From a virus (lineage: Duplodnaviria; Heunggongvirae; Uroviricota; Caudoviricetes): a stretch of DNA of 64,000 nucleotides. The stretch is taken from the IMG/VR virus record IMGVR_UViG_3300045988_145635; one strand, written 5' to 3'. A model generated the notes under the pieces. That model was not told where the DNA came from, made no database searches, and saw nothing but the letters and a program-made list of their open reading frames with translations. Numbering within the stretch: the first letter of the stretch is position 1; each line of letters begins with the position of its first letter. This document shows, in pieces, positions 37,238 to 47,863 of the stretch. The translations under genes were made by a program, and so were the position numbers.

Positions 37238-38113
37238 ATGCCATTACTGCGTGAAGAAGCTGAAAAGCTGTCTAACAACGAACTTGAACAGGGTGTGATC
37301 GAAACTATCATCGATCGCGATGACCTGTTTGCCATCCTGCCTTTTATGAAAATTAATTCAAAGGCATATCTGTACAACCGTGAAAAAACGCTGAGTGAAG
37401 CTACCTTCATCGACGTTAACGACACCATCCCTGAAGGTGCAGCAACCTTCGAAGAATGCGTTGCGAAACTGCGTATTCTGGCTGGTGACGTAGACGTTGA
37501 TAAATTCCTGGCGACCACTATGGCCGACACCAACAACCAGTTGGCTATTCAGGTTCGTCAGAAAGTTAAAGGTCTGGCTCGTGCGTTCCGTCGCAACCTG
37601 ATTTTGGGTGACTCCAGCTCCAACAACAAGGCGTTTGACGGCATTCCACGCCTGATGCACGCAGATCAGAAGATCGATATCGCCGGTGCATCTATGACTT
37701 TCTCTATGTTCGACGAACTGGTCGATGCGGTGAAAGATCTTGGTGCTGACTGCATCATGATGCGTTCAGAGCACCTGCGTGCTTACCGTGCGCTGCTGCG
37801 TACAGTAAACGTAGGTCCGTCTGAAATCATGATGGAGAACTTCGGTCGTCCGATGCTGTGTCATAACGGCGTTCCGTTCATCATCAACGACTTCATCCCG
37901 ACCGATGCTGGCAAAGCAAGCATCTACTGCCTGCATCTGTCAGAAGAGAACGGCGTTACTGGTCTGTATGGCGGCGATAACGCAGGTATCGTTGTTGAAA
38001 ACATTGGTACTGTACAGAACAAAGACGCAGTACGTACCCGTGTGAAGTGGTACTGCTCTCTGGCGAATAAGCACGATAAGGCTATCGCTGCACTGACCAA
38101 TGTAAAAATTTAA
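37238..38113 (+). CDS. Major capsid protein
   Basis: Position and size (291 aa); followed by a strong terminator. Confidence 0.6.
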   Translation: MPLLREEAEKLSNNELEQGVIETIIDRDDLFAILPFMKINSKAYLYNREKTLSEATFIDVNDTIPEGAATFEECVAKLRILAGDVDVDKFLATTMADTNNQLAIQVRQKVKGLARAFRRNLILGDSSSNNKAFDGIPRLMHADQKIDIAGASMTFSMFDELVDAVKDLGADCIMMRSEHLRAYRALLRTVNVGPSEIMMENFGRPMLCHNGVPFIINDFIPTDAGKASIYCLHLSEENGVTGLYGGDNAGIVVENIGTVQNKDAVRTRVKWYCSLANKHDKAIAALTNVKI

Positions 38114-38147
38114 TCAGTGTGGTAGATAAGCAATTATCTATGTTTAA

Positions 38148-38173
38148 GGGTGGGCTATACGCCCACCCTTTTT
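38148..38173 (+). terminator. Terminator after the capsid gene
   Basis: GGGTGGGC-TATA-GCCCACCC followed by TTTTT. Confidence 0.6.
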
Positions 38174-38186
38174 GTAGGAGCGAGAA

Positions 38187-39107
38187 ATGCCAGAACAAAA
38201 GATGAAGATTACGGAAGAGGCATTTTCGGATTTTACGGGGCATATGTGCCGCGCCGGATTTACCAATTCTATCTCCGATGAACCTTTAACCGAGCGGCAA
38301 CAAAGTCAGCTATCTGCTTGTTTGCAGGCGGTTCCCCTCTCCCAATCCGTAAACATAACCCCGGCTTCACCGTCAGTTTTGGTTGGGAAAACTGTTCAAC
38401 TTAGTGCAGGTATTAGTATGGGTAAGAGTGCCAGTTCATTCACCTGGAAGTCAGCGAATGATCAAATTGCAACCGTTAACGGCACTGGATTAGTAACTGG
38501 TGTAGCACCAGGCAAAGTAAAAATTACTGCAACTGATCAGGAAACCCAGCTTTCCGCTTCAGTGGAAGTCACCGTAAATCCGGTAGCCGTTCAATCCGTA
38601 ACGGTAACGCCAGACTCAACCTCTGTTGAGAAAGGGAAATCAGTCAGTCTGAAAGCGAATGTTCAGCCGTCAAATGCGACGAATAAGGCTGTTACCTGGT
38701 CTTCCAAAAATGAAGATAAGGCAACGGTAGACCAGAGCGGGAACGTTACTGGTGTAGAAGTTGGCACTGCGACGATTGAGATCGTTTCCCAAGATGGCAG
38801 CAAAAAGGCAACTGCAACGGTGGAAGTAACTGCGCCTGTTGTAGCTGTTACCGGCGTCGAAATCGACCCAAATAGCACAACCGTTGAGGCAAACAAAACT
38901 GTTCAGCTGACCGCAAATGTCGAGCCGGCAGGAGCAACAAATAAAACCGTTACTTGGGAATCCAAAAATACCGAGTTTGCAACGGTGGATAGCGAAACCG
39001 GTGTTGTAACTGGCGTTGCGGCTGGTACTGCCACAATCGAGGTTACTACCCAAGATGGTAGCCACAAAGCGACAGCGACCGTAGAAGTCACTGCTGCACA
39101 GGAATAA
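38187..39107 (+). CDS. Ig-like (Big_2) repeat protein, probable capsid decoration protein
   Basis: Three tandem ~85-aa Ig-like repeats (VTVTP/VTGVE ... ATVD ... GTATIE). Confidence 0.6.
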   Translation: MPEQKMKITEEAFSDFTGHMCRAGFTNSISDEPLTERQQSQLSACLQAVPLSQSVNITPASPSVLVGKTVQLSAGISMGKSASSFTWKSANDQIATVNGTGLVTGVAPGKVKITATDQETQLSASVEVTVNPVAVQSVTVTPDSTSVEKGKSVSLKANVQPSNATNKAVTWSSKNEDKATVDQSGNVTGVEVGTATIEIVSQDGSKKATATVEVTAPVVAVTGVEIDPNSTTVEANKTVQLTANVEPAGATNKTVTWESKNTEFATVDSETGVVTGVAAGTATIEVTTQDGSHKATATVEVTAAQE

Positions 39108-39151
39108 TCAATATTGGGCGGCGAAAGCCGCCCAAGTGGAGAGAAAGCGTT

Positions 39152-39586
39152 ATGAAACCAGCAAAAATTGTTTTATTAGAACCGCAATTTTCCGGTTATT
39201 CGGGAATGCTGTGTGGCGTTCAGTTCGAGAACGGGGTGTCCGTAGCGGAGTTGCCTTTTATCGATCAGCAAAGGATTTGTGCCTCAATGCGAGCATCAAC
39301 AGTCGAGGGCAAAAATGTTTCTCCGTCTGCCGCATACAGTGATCGTGGCGAGTTGACCGCAGACCTGATTACCGAGCCAGCAGCACCTGACATTGTGCCA
39401 ATGAAACGTGGGACACCAGATGAACCGGCCAAACAGATCCAAACTTTCACACGAGAAGAGTTGGAGTCAATTGCAGACAATGAAGGCATTGCCGGTCTAC
39501 GTGTGATTGGTAATCAGGTTGGTGTCAAAGCGAAAGGAATTGTCGAGATGATTGAAGGCATCCTGAAAGCACAAGGCGGTGAGTAA
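39152..39586 (+). CDS. Virion morphogenesis protein, function unknown
   Basis: Position in the head-tail joining block. Confidence 0.45.
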   Translation: MKPAKIVLLEPQFSGYSGMLCGVQFENGVSVAELPFIDQQRICASMRASTVEGKNVSPSAAYSDRGELTADLITEPAAPDIVPMKRGTPDEPAKQIQTFTREELESIADNEGIAGLRVIGNQVGVKAKGIVEMIEGILKAQGGE

Positions 39587-40419
39587 TGGCGCAGATCGAC
39601 TCGTATCGTAGCGGTGAAGCTGTTTCCCTTTCATTTGCCTTCAACGTGCTGGATATCGAATCTGCTACCTACACAGTAAAGGACAGCACCGGGGCTATTC
39701 TCGTTGATGGCGAGCCGCTAGAAATTACCAGCGGTCAAATGTCGATTCCGGTTGTCGTGTCGGCTGAATATAACCAGCTCTCTGAGAAAGAACGCGATCT
39801 GCGGTACGTCATTGTGAAGGCTGTTGCATCGGGTCTGACGCATGAAGAGCGGCAAATGTATGTTCTGCTGAATAGTTTTGAACTGTCGATACCAGAACAG
39901 TCGTTTGCAACTGTCGCTGATGCTCAAATGCAGGCGATCGATATGCTGAATGGGGACACTTTGCTGTCGGATGGTGAAGGCTTAATGCGCAAGCGTCTCA
40001 TTGAGGCTACCAGACGAATTAAAACTTTACCGTTCTCAATCCGCAAAATTCTACGTATCGACTTTGACCGATACGATCGCCCTCAAAATATGCTGAATGT
40101 GTATGACATTCCGTGGGGAGCAGATGGAGCGTACCGGCATGATTTAGTCGATTGGGAAAAGATGACGCAGGAGAAGTTTGAAGAGTTCCCTGACTACTTC
40201 AAAGAAGCGTTGATGCTTGCCGTTGTCAACGAAGCGTGTGAGATCGCAAATGGCAATGATGTTGCCGCAGCACGAGAGGATGGCATTTTGTCAGAGTCCA
40301 TCGGTGAAACAACCAACATGTACCGTACCGGTAAAGCCGCAAGCGTGCATGTGGCTCGCAGTACCTGGCGCTTGCTGGTCAGTTACATCAACAACCGTAT
40401 GATTGTTCGCCGTGCGTAA
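39586..40419 (+). CDS. Virion morphogenesis protein (head-tail connector region)
   Basis: Position; start overlaps the upstream stop. Confidence 0.45.
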   Translation: MAQIDSYRSGEAVSLSFAFNVLDIESATYTVKDSTGAILVDGEPLEITSGQMSIPVVVSAEYNQLSEKERDLRYVIVKAVASGLTHEERQMYVLLNSFELSIPEQSFATVADAQMQAIDMLNGDTLLSDGEGLMRKRLIEATRRIKTLPFSIRKILRIDFDRYDRPQNMLNVYDIPWGADGAYRHDLVDWEKMTQEKFEEFPDYFKEALMLAVVNEACEIANGNDVAAAREDGILSESIGETTNMYRTGKAASVHVARSTWRLLVSYINNRMIVRRA

Positions 40420-40498
40420 CGCCAGTCGCATTATTTACTTTTGGTCTAAAGGGTTTTTGGCCAGTAATGAGAGCGACCGACAACAACAGGGAGAGAGC

Positions 40499-40843
40499 AT
40501 GAATATTTCATGGCAAACAGAAATTGCGATCTACCGCTTTGGCGCAAAGAACGTTTACGGTGAGGCGCAATTACAATTCGTCAGGAAGACGAATGTCGGC
40601 GTGGTTAAGTTCGAACAGAGTAATGAGAAATCGTCAGTTCGTGCTGATAGCTCTGGTAGTCGTGGTAAGGCGAGTCTGGAGCTGTTTGATGCTGTGTTAG
40701 TTGTCCCTTTAGAAGCGGCTGTACAACTTGATGATGTACTGATCCTTGAAGGTCAAAAATTAAAGGTGTCCAGTGTTCATCGCCGCTGGGGGCTACGAGG
40801 AAGACCTGGGCATCTTGAAGTAGGGGCGAATATATGGGTCTGA
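40499..40843 (+). CDS. Head-tail joining protein (putative)
   Basis: AGGGAGAGAG RBS; position. Confidence 0.4.
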   Translation: MNISWQTEIAIYRFGAKNVYGEAQLQFVRKTNVGVVKFEQSNEKSSVRADSSGSRGKASLELFDAVLVVPLEAAVQLDDVLILEGQKLKVSSVHRRWGLRGRPGHLEVGANIWV

Positions 40844-41307
40844 AATACGATGCGCATCAGTTCAAACGTGCGGGGAATCGACTCAACAACAGCCAGAAAG
40901 CATTTAAGCGATATCTTATTCGGGACATGGAAAAGCTGGCGCGTTTGGTTGAGCGTCTCAGCCGTGCAATGGCCCCGCTGGAAACCGGATCTCTGGAGAC
41001 AGCCATCTTTGCCAGGGTGATTAAAGAAGGTTATTCAGGGCTGCGTATTGAGCTTTCTGTGTCTGGAGCAAAACCACGTCAGGGGCATCCGGGCGTAGAA
41101 GTCGGTGACTATGCTAAGTACATGGAGCTGGGTAAATACCGACTCGGTTATCTTTCTCGAATGAAGAGCGTGACAAACCCACCAATTGCCGGTGTTAAAC
41201 CTCGTGTTGGGCCACACTTTCTGGAAAGAGCGGTGGAAATTAGCGAGAAGCAGTTCTCAGAAGCGATTCTTGAGGCTGCCAGAAAAGCCGGTTTTACGAG
41301 AGGTTAA
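40834..41307 (+). CDS. Tail completion / head-tail joining protein (putative)
   Basis: Position. Confidence 0.4.
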   Translation: MGLKYDAHQFKRAGNRLNNSQKAFKRYLIRDMEKLARLVERLSRAMAPLETGSLETAIFARVIKEGYSGLRIELSVSGAKPRQGHPGVEVGDYAKYMELGKYRLGYLSRMKSVTNPPIAGVKPRVGPHFLERAVEISEKQFSEAILEAARKAGFTRG

Positions 41308-41308
41308 T

Positions 41309-41692
41309 GTGTTTATTGAAGCGTTTGCAAGTTTGATGCAGAAGGCAAAGATTGGCACGGTCGGGACTGACATTTTCTGTCACTACTTGCCTGCCAATGT
41401 GAAATCTGGCGTCCTGCTTATTAACCCAAATACCGGTATCAGCATCGATCATGAGCTACAGGGCTTTTATCACGAATCATTCACAATCATTGTGCGTGGT
41501 TCGTCAATTACTACGACGGTTGAGAAAGCCAATAAAATCATTGAGATGTTTCCAGTAGAGGAAACGGAATCTGGTGGTGTTTATTTTCGACTGGTACGAC
41601 CGATGGCGATGCCAATCATTTATCCCAAAAATGATGGGGCATTAATAGAAGCAGGCATTCCTGTTGAATTTGCTGGCTATTTATTGAATTAA
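41309..41692 (+). CDS. Tail terminator-like protein (putative, GTG start)
   Basis: GAGAGG RBS then GTG; position immediately before the tube gene. Confidence 0.4.
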   Translation: MFIEAFASLMQKAKIGTVGTDIFCHYLPANVKSGVLLINPNTGISIDHELQGFYHESFTIIVRGSSITTTVEKANKIIEMFPVEETESGGVYFRLVRPMAMPIIYPKNDGALIEAGIPVEFAGYLLN

Positions 41693-41766
41693 GTTAATCG
41701 GTAAGTATATACTTACTATTAGCGCAATGAATGCGTAGAATTAACGGAAAAAGGAGTTTTCCATCA

Positions 41767-42513
41767 ATGTCTAATACCCATGTAAAAAACATCAAACTTG
41801 GTGCCTGTAAGGTGTCGTTTGGTGGTGTGGATTTGGGTTACACCAAAGGTGGTGTTCAGGTTGAAGTAGCCACTGAAACGCTGAAAGTCACCGTCGATCA
41901 GTTGGGGCAGACCGTAATTTCCGAATTAGTTCAGGGGCGCAACATTACCATCACCGCGCCTCTGGCTGAGTCTGTACTCCAAAACATGGTTGACCTGATG
42001 CCTGGTTCTACTCTGAGCGAAGATGACAACTCTGTCACGATCACATCTGCACAGGGCGTTAACCTGATTGATGTGGCGAAGGAGCTGGTTCTGACTCCGC
42101 AGGACACCACCGACTATGTGTTGACCATCCCGAAAGCGGCAACCGCGGGCAACTTCACTATGACCTACCAGTCTGATGATGTTCGTGTGTTCTCTGTTCA
42201 GTTCAGCGCATACCCGGATGATGAAGGCGTTCTGGGCAAAATGAGCGGCCCTAAACCGGTAAAAACTGTGTCGATCTCACCGGAATCTCCAACCGTAAAA
42301 GCTGGAGAAACTGTGCAACTGACAGCCGAAATCACTCCAGCTGATGCCGCAGACAAAACCGGTGTTTGGGAATCCGAAGACCAGGAAAAGGCCACGGTAG
42401 ATCAAACGGGTCTGGTACGTGGTGTGGCGCAGGGTTCTACAAATATTTCCTTCACCAGCAATAGCGGTGGTAAGAAGGCAACTAAGTCAGTAACGATTAA
42501 CCCCGCAGATTAA
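41767..42513 (+). CDS. Major tail tube protein with C-terminal Ig-like (Big_2) domain
   Basis: AAGGAG RBS; C-terminal VSISPESPTVKAGETVQLTAEI ... ATVDQTG Ig-like repeat (lambda gpV-like layout); terminator after. Confidence 0.65.
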   Translation: MSNTHVKNIKLGACKVSFGGVDLGYTKGGVQVEVATETLKVTVDQLGQTVISELVQGRNITITAPLAESVLQNMVDLMPGSTLSEDDNSVTITSAQGVNLIDVAKELVLTPQDTTDYVLTIPKAATAGNFTMTYQSDDVRVFSVQFSAYPDDEGVLGKMSGPKPVKTVSISPESPTVKAGETVQLTAEITPADAADKTGVWESEDQEKATVDQTGLVRGVAQGSTNISFTSNSGGKKATKSVTINPAD

Positions 42514-42568
42514 TCAGTAATTAAGCAGAGGCTCAGGATGGGCCTCTCTTTTAAAAGGATTTTAACCA

Positions 42569-42886
42569 ATGACCAAATTACTCGATCTCGATTCCATTCT
42601 GCCTCCGAAGAAAAGCATCAAATTTGGCGGTCAGGAATATCCCATCGTTGAAATGACGGTAGGTCTGTTCGTTTCCATCAAGCAGATGGAAGGCAAAGAT
42701 CTCATGAACATGTCTCCTGTTGAGCAAGTGACAGCTTATGCAGATCTGGTTCGTAAGGTTATCCCTTCAGTACCTGACGAAGTTCTTGAAAAACTGACTG
42801 TTCCGCAACTCCAGCAGATCTTCACCTTCGCTATGGAAGTGATTGATGAAGAAAACGAAAAAGCGGCTGGCGAAGGGGCAAAGTAA
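42569..42886 (+). CDS. Tail assembly chaperone (gpG-like)
   Basis: Position before the tape measure; a downstream -1 frame stays open to 43236. Confidence 0.6.
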   Translation: MTKLLDLDSILPPKKSIKFGGQEYPIVEMTVGLFVSIKQMEGKDLMNMSPVEQVTAYADLVRKVIPSVPDEVLEKLTVPQLQQIFTFAMEVIDEENEKAAGEGAK

Positions 42887-43236
42887 TTTCCCGCGATGAA
42901 TCCGGGACAAGGACCGTCTCAATAGATCTCGGATTCTATTTCAGTCGTGTAGTTGCTCACTACGCCGTGTCGCCATTAGAGCTACTGAACGTTCCTCTCA
43001 CGATGTTCTGGATGCTCAGTCGCAATATAGACCGTCTGCGTGCGGAAGAGGATGTCCGCAACTTACAAGTCGCTCGTGCGTCCCAGGCGGATGGCGAGGC
43101 TGTGAAGGCGTTCATGGAGGGTTTGCAACTCAGGATTGGAAGACCAGTCGTAACAGATAAAGTCTACGATCCAAGCCAGGATAAGGCAGACCCTGACGCC
43201 AAAGAGCAACTGATGCAAATATTTGGCAGAGGATGA
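42862..43236 (+). CDS. gpT-like extension (putative -1 frameshift product GT)
   Basis: Frame -1 relative to G is open from 42850; A-run GAAAAAG at 42857-42863 is a candidate slip site. Confidence 0.4.
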   Translation, partial: SGWRRGKVISRDESGTRTVSIDLGFYFSRVVAHYAVSPLELLNVPLTMFWMLSRNIDRLRAEEDVRNLQVARASQADGEAVKAFMEGLQLRIGRPVVTDKVYDPSQDKADPDAKEQLMQIFGRG

Positions 43237-43243
43237 CAAGGGA

Positions 43244-46200
43244 ATGTCACAAAACGTAGAGTTTATCCTGTCGCTGGAAGACAAACAGTTTACAGCGTCA
43301 ATCGATCGTGCGGGGAAACTGCTTACTCGATTTGGTGAGCAGGTAACAAAGCCTGCTCAAAAAATCCAAACCTTTGAACGCTCTTTGGGTTCGGTCGCCC
43401 GTATCATTGGCGTTCTGGAAAGCAAGCTCGATTCTACGGCAGATAAACTACAGGATGTAGCTGCCGGTTTTGAGCTTGCTTCAGATGCTACGCGTAAAAT
43501 GCGTGGCAACATCACCAGCCTCAATTCTGGTCTTAAAGCCCTGATTGAGCGCGTCGATACGACAACTTCTTCAGTAGATAAACTCACCGCGTCATTACGT
43601 AAAGTGCAATCAGAGCTAAATGATTTCTCTGATTGGGCGACCTATGCAAGCAAAAGCGCAAGCCGCTTTGGTACGGAGGTCAAAGAAGCCTCTGTGTCCG
43701 TGAGTGGCATGAATACGCGCCTTAATACCACGACGAAGCGACTCAGTAATTGGGGTGTCACAACGAGTCAGGCTGCCGAGGGACTGAAAAAGGTTCGTGA
43801 GCAGATGGACGAAGTTATCGGACGTCAGCAACTGATTAGCAAGCCGGTACGCGTTCGTACATCTGGAAGTGGCGATGGTGGTAGCGGGCGGCGTAGCGGC
43901 GCTTCTGGCCATAGCGGTAAAAGTAACGAAGGAGGTATGTTCTCTGGCCTTCGTGGCAACATTTTCCTGCTTGGCGAGATCGGAGATGCAGCCAGAACGG
44001 TTACTGACATCATGTTTGGGTGGCAGAAGCCTATTGTTGAAGCTGCGGCCGAAATGGAACGTATGCGGGTGATGCTTCGAGGGTTGAATAAGGAGAAGTC
44101 CAACCCGGGCCAGGCTGCCGCTGATGATATGAAGTACATCGTAGACATGGCTCAAAATGCGCCGTTCGCGATGCAGGCGTTAACAGACTCCTTCGTGAAG
44201 TTTCGTTCTGCTGGCTTAGATCCAACCGATGGTTCTCTGAAGGCGCTGGTGGACTCCGTTGCTCGTTTTGGTGGTGATAGTGAGCTGTTGAAACGTGCGG
44301 CTGTGGCCGTTCAGCAGATGTCCGGTAAGGGCGTTGTGTCAATGGAAGAGCTACGTCAGCAATTAGGTGAAGCCGTTCCTAACGCGATGCAGGCAATGGC
44401 AGACGCCGCAGGCATCACTATGGGGGAACTGACTAAAGCCGTTGCCAGCGGTACGGTTGAGGCAAAACAGGCGTTGTCTCTGATGTTTGTTGGTCTGCGT
44501 GCGGAGAATGAGAACGCAGCGAAAGACATGATGCAAACCTACACAGGTGCGCTGGCGCAACTTCAGACGTCATTCACGTTATTTGCTGATCGGGTTGGTC
44601 AGGCCGGATATCTGGATTCTCTATCGAAGGGGATGAAAGAACTGGCTTCAATCATGAATAGCGCCGAAGGGATTTCGTTTGCCAATTCTTTAGGTTCGGG
44701 GTTAACAACGGCAATCGATGGGTTGCGTCAGCTTGCTCAATGGTTAGCAAAGAACCAAGAGCTGGTAATTAATCTCGGTAAGGTCGTGGCCGCGATGGTT
44801 GCGTTCAAACTGATGCGAGCAGGGATCATGGGGGTAGTTGGCGCTGGGAGCCAGATGGTTAGCACCTTTGCCACTATGGCGACCGCCATACAGACTCCAT
44901 TTAACCTCGGCGCTACAGCAGTAACTCGATTCAATCGTGCGGCACGTATGGGGCTGGCTCCGATCCCCTCTCTTATTTTCGCCATCCGTGGGGCGATTAC
45001 GGGGCTTAAAGGCGCTTTTGCTGGCTTGACTGCGTTTATTGCGGCGAATCCGATAGGTTTTGTTTTCACTGCTGCAATGACCGCTGTTGCTGGCTTAATC
45101 ACGTATATGACCATGCTTCGTAGCGAAACTTCAAAGGTCGTTGACGAGATTAGGAAAATACCAGAAGCGATGACGGCGGCCAAACGTGCACAGATGGCGG
45201 AGTATAAAGCGCGTCTCGAGCAACAAATCACGCAAAAGGAACAACAGTTAAAATCTGGCGAAAAGGTGGTTTATGGGCCGGGTATGGCCGGAACCACAGT
45301 AAAGATTGATCAGGATGAACGGAAGCGAATAGAAACTGGGCTAAATGATCTTCGTAAGGAACTCGATAAAACTACTGGGGCTATTGAACGTGGAGACACA
45401 GCTGTTGCAAAACGTCTTGCAAAAGATGCGGCAGAATCACAGATAGAGAAAATACTCGAAGAGAATAAAGACTTTGCGGCAACATTCGTTAAATCTCGTC
45501 AGGAGGCTCTGGAGAAGATTCAGAAAATCAAGGATGACGGTTCACTTTCAGATGACGAAAAGAACAAGCTATTGGCACCGTTACGTGAAACGGTAAACAA
45601 AAGCTATCTGAAACCAGCGCAAGAATTGGTTGATTCACTTTCTTCTCGTAAGAATGCTGTCGAGGGGCAAATAGCCACTCTTAATGATCAGCTTGAAAAA
45701 GCGAAAAAGGAAGGAAACACCGAGCAGATCAAGAAACTGCAAGGCAGTATTCGTGGTTATCAGGAGAATTTGGAAGTCGTCGCTCAGGAACTGACTCAGG
45801 CAGAGTTTAAGAGGGATAACGCGGCCAAAAGTGGTAATGGCTTAATGTCAGTCAATGGAGATGTTCTTGGGTTAGGTACAACTGATAAAGCTGCTCAGAA
45901 GGCGCTGGCGCAATATATGCGAAACCAGATGGATTCTGCGACTTATCAACGTACTTTGCCTGACGGCACTCCGATGATGGACTTCGAAGGTAAGCCGATT
46001 ATTGGGCCTAAACAACTCAAGACGCAGCTTAATTTGCAGAAAGCATCCAGTGCCAGCTCTCTGGAGAAAATGAGCGATGAAGAGCGTGCCGCAGCCATTG
46101 CCGCACTGACTAAAGCTCGTGAACAGGATGCAGCAGCAGCCGAGAAAGCAGCCCAACGATCAGCTAACGCCTCGCAGCGTGCGGCCAAGAAGGAACAGGC

Positions 46201-47821
46201 AGCGCAACAGAAACTGGCAGCCGGATACCAGAAGGCTCTGGACAAAGCCGATCAGCTTATGGGGCAAATGGGTGAAAGCTCTAAGGCTACGGTATCGTTT
46301 GATCAGTCTCTTCGCGATACAACGAAATCGCTGACAGATTTGGCTAATGCGGTTCCTAACGAGTTCATCACTCAAGAGATGATCGACAAGGCGAAAAAAC
46401 GTCTTGAAGACCTCAAAAATGCGACACCTGAATATCGCGAGATGTTTAATCGCCGCAATGTTGAGCAGATGATCTCCACTTGGGCACCGGAGGCGGATTC
46501 CATTATTAGTGCTGGCTATACGCCGTCTCGCGAAGAGAAAGTTGCTGATTTCGAAGACACCTACAACCGCAATCTCAAAGCGTTGATAGAACTTCGTGAT
46601 AAGGCGTCTGATCCTAAAGTCGTGGCGCTTTATACAAAGAAAATCAATCAACTTATTGCTGCTGGCAATACCGCGCTCATTAAAGAGACAGGGACTGCGA
46701 CGCAGAAGTTGGCACTGGAATACGAAAACCTGGCAGAGCAGATCGAAAGCACCTGGACTGATTTGTTTAGTGGCTTAACGGATGTCCTGACTGATTTCGT
46801 TATTAACGGGAAGATGAGCTTCTCCAGCCTGTCTCAGTCCATTTTGAAAGATATCACCAATATGGTCGTGAAGTCGCAGATCACGCTGCCTCTAATGAAC
46901 ATGTTGGGGATGGGAACCACCGCAGCTGGTAGTTCACAGAGTGGTAATTTGCTCACCGGGGTTGCTTCCGCCGTTGCCAATCAAGGGGTACGAATGGGCA
47001 ACACTGTTAACGGCGACAAGTCGGTAGGAGAAGCCACGAAGGAGACGTCCAGTTCGGTAACTGGATTGGGGCAAACGACACAGCAGACCACCAGCGCAAT
47101 TGGCACAGCAACAAATGCGATTGGTAGCTGGGTATCAGGGCTATTTGATAGCACCGAAGCCAAAGATGCTGAGACAAAAGCAGTGAAGGATTCCATCTTC
47201 TCGATGCAGAACCTCAGCTCTGTTACCGGCGCTCTGTCTGCCGCGTTTGCAATGCTTGGAGCTAATGCTTCCGGCTCTGGTAATAAGTGGTTGAATTTCG
47301 GCGCGACAGTTGCATCTGGTTTGGTTTCAGTATGGGCTGGTGGTGGATTCGATGGATTGATGTCCGGTTCTTCTGGCTCAACTTCCGGGTTCAACAATCT
47401 GACCAGTTCTGCTGCCGATGGCACGAATGGTATTCCTGCAATTCCGAAGTTTGCAAATGGTGGCATATTCGGAAAAGACGGCGTGATCCCGCTCCGGGCA
47501 TACCAGAAAGGCGGTATCGCCAACTCACCTCAATTGGCGTTGTTTGGGGAAGGCGATATGAATGAGGCGTATGTTCCATTGCCTGATGGTCGAACAATCC
47601 CTGTAACGCTCAGTACCGATGGTATGAGTGGAGGAGGAAATGTTCTTTCTCCTGTATCAATTGAGATCAACGTCCATAGTGACGGTAGCACAACTGAATC
47701 CGGCGATACAGAAAGCATATGGAACAATGCCGCTCAACGGATGAAAGCAATCGCGCTTGAGACTATCGCTCAAGAGAAACGCCCTGGCGGATCACTCAAC
47801 CCAAACACTCAACGTAACTAA
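43244..47821 (+). CDS. Tail tape measure protein
   Basis: ~1525 aa, coiled-coil-rich, Gly-rich C-terminal region; terminator after. Confidence 0.8.
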   Translation: MSQNVEFILSLEDKQFTASIDRAGKLLTRFGEQVTKPAQKIQTFERSLGSVARIIGVLESKLDSTADKLQDVAAGFELASDATRKMRGNITSLNSGLKALIERVDTTTSSVDKLTASLRKVQSELNDFSDWATYASKSASRFGTEVKEASVSVSGMNTRLNTTTKRLSNWGVTTSQAAEGLKKVREQMDEVIGRQQLISKPVRVRTSGSGDGGSGRRSGASGHSGKSNEGGMFSGLRGNIFLLGEIGDAARTVTDIMFGWQKPIVEAAAEMERMRVMLRGLNKEKSNPGQAAADDMKYIVDMAQNAPFAMQALTDSFVKFRSAGLDPTDGSLKALVDSVARFGGDSELLKRAAVAVQQMSGKGVVSMEELRQQLGEAVPNAMQAMADAAGITMGELTKAVASGTVEAKQALSLMFVGLRAENENAAKDMMQTYTGALAQLQTSFTLFADRVGQAGYLDSLSKGMKELASIMNSAEGISFANSLGSGLTTAIDGLRQLAQWLAKNQELVINLGKVVAAMVAFKLMRAGIMGVVGAGSQMVSTFATMATAIQTPFNLGATAVTRFNRAARMGLAPIPSLIFAIRGAITGLKGAFAGLTAFIAANPIGFVFTAAMTAVAGLITYMTMLRSETSKVVDEIRKIPEAMTAAKRAQMAEYKARLEQQITQKEQQLKSGEKVVYGPGMAGTTVKIDQDERKRIETGLNDLRKELDKTTGAIERGDTAVAKRLAKDAAESQIEKILEENKDFAATFVKSRQEALEKIQKIKDDGSLSDDEKNKLLAPLRETVNKSYLKPAQELVDSLSSRKNAVEGQIATLNDQLEKAKKEGNTEQIKKLQGSIRGYQENLEVVAQELTQAEFKRDNAAKSGNGLMSVNGDVLGLGTTDKAAQKALAQYMRNQMDSATYQRTLPDGTPMMDFEGKPIIGPKQLKTQLNLQKASSASSLEKMSDEERAAAIAALTKAREQDAAAAEKAAQRSANASQRAAKKEQAAQQKLAAGYQKALDKADQLMGQMGESSKATVSFDQSLRDTTKSLTDLANAVPNEFITQEMIDKAKKRLEDLKNATPEYREMFNRRNVEQMISTWAPEADSIISAGYTPSREEKVADFEDTYNRNLKALIELRDKASDPKVVALYTKKINQLIAAGNTALIKETGTATQKLALEYENLAEQIESTWTDLFSGLTDVLTDFVINGKMSFSSLSQSILKDITNMVVKSQITLPLMNMLGMGTTAAGSSQSGNLLTGVASAVANQGVRMGNTVNGDKSVGEATKETSSSVTGLGQTTQQTTSAIGTATNAIGSWVSGLFDSTEAKDAETKAVKDSIFSMQNLSSVTGALSAAFAMLGANASGSGNKWLNFGATVASGLVSVWAGGGFDGLMSGSSGSTSGFNNLTSSAADGTNGIPAIPKFANGGIFGKDGVIPLRAYQKGGIANSPQLALFGEGDMNEAYVPLPDGRTIPVTLSTDGMSGGGNVLSPVSIEINVHSDGSTTESGDTESIWNNAAQRMKAIALETIAQEKRPGGSLNPNTQRN

Positions 47822-47863
47822 CTATCGACTGCCCCCGACGGGGCAGTCTTACAAGGATGTGAG

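Noticed and set aside
43357-47727. Multiple antisense and alternative-frame ORFs within the tape measure gene (e.g. 43616-44155, 44737-45231, 46160-46651, 46981-47523)
   Set aside because: All lie inside a long continuous gene with a clear product; none has independent start context
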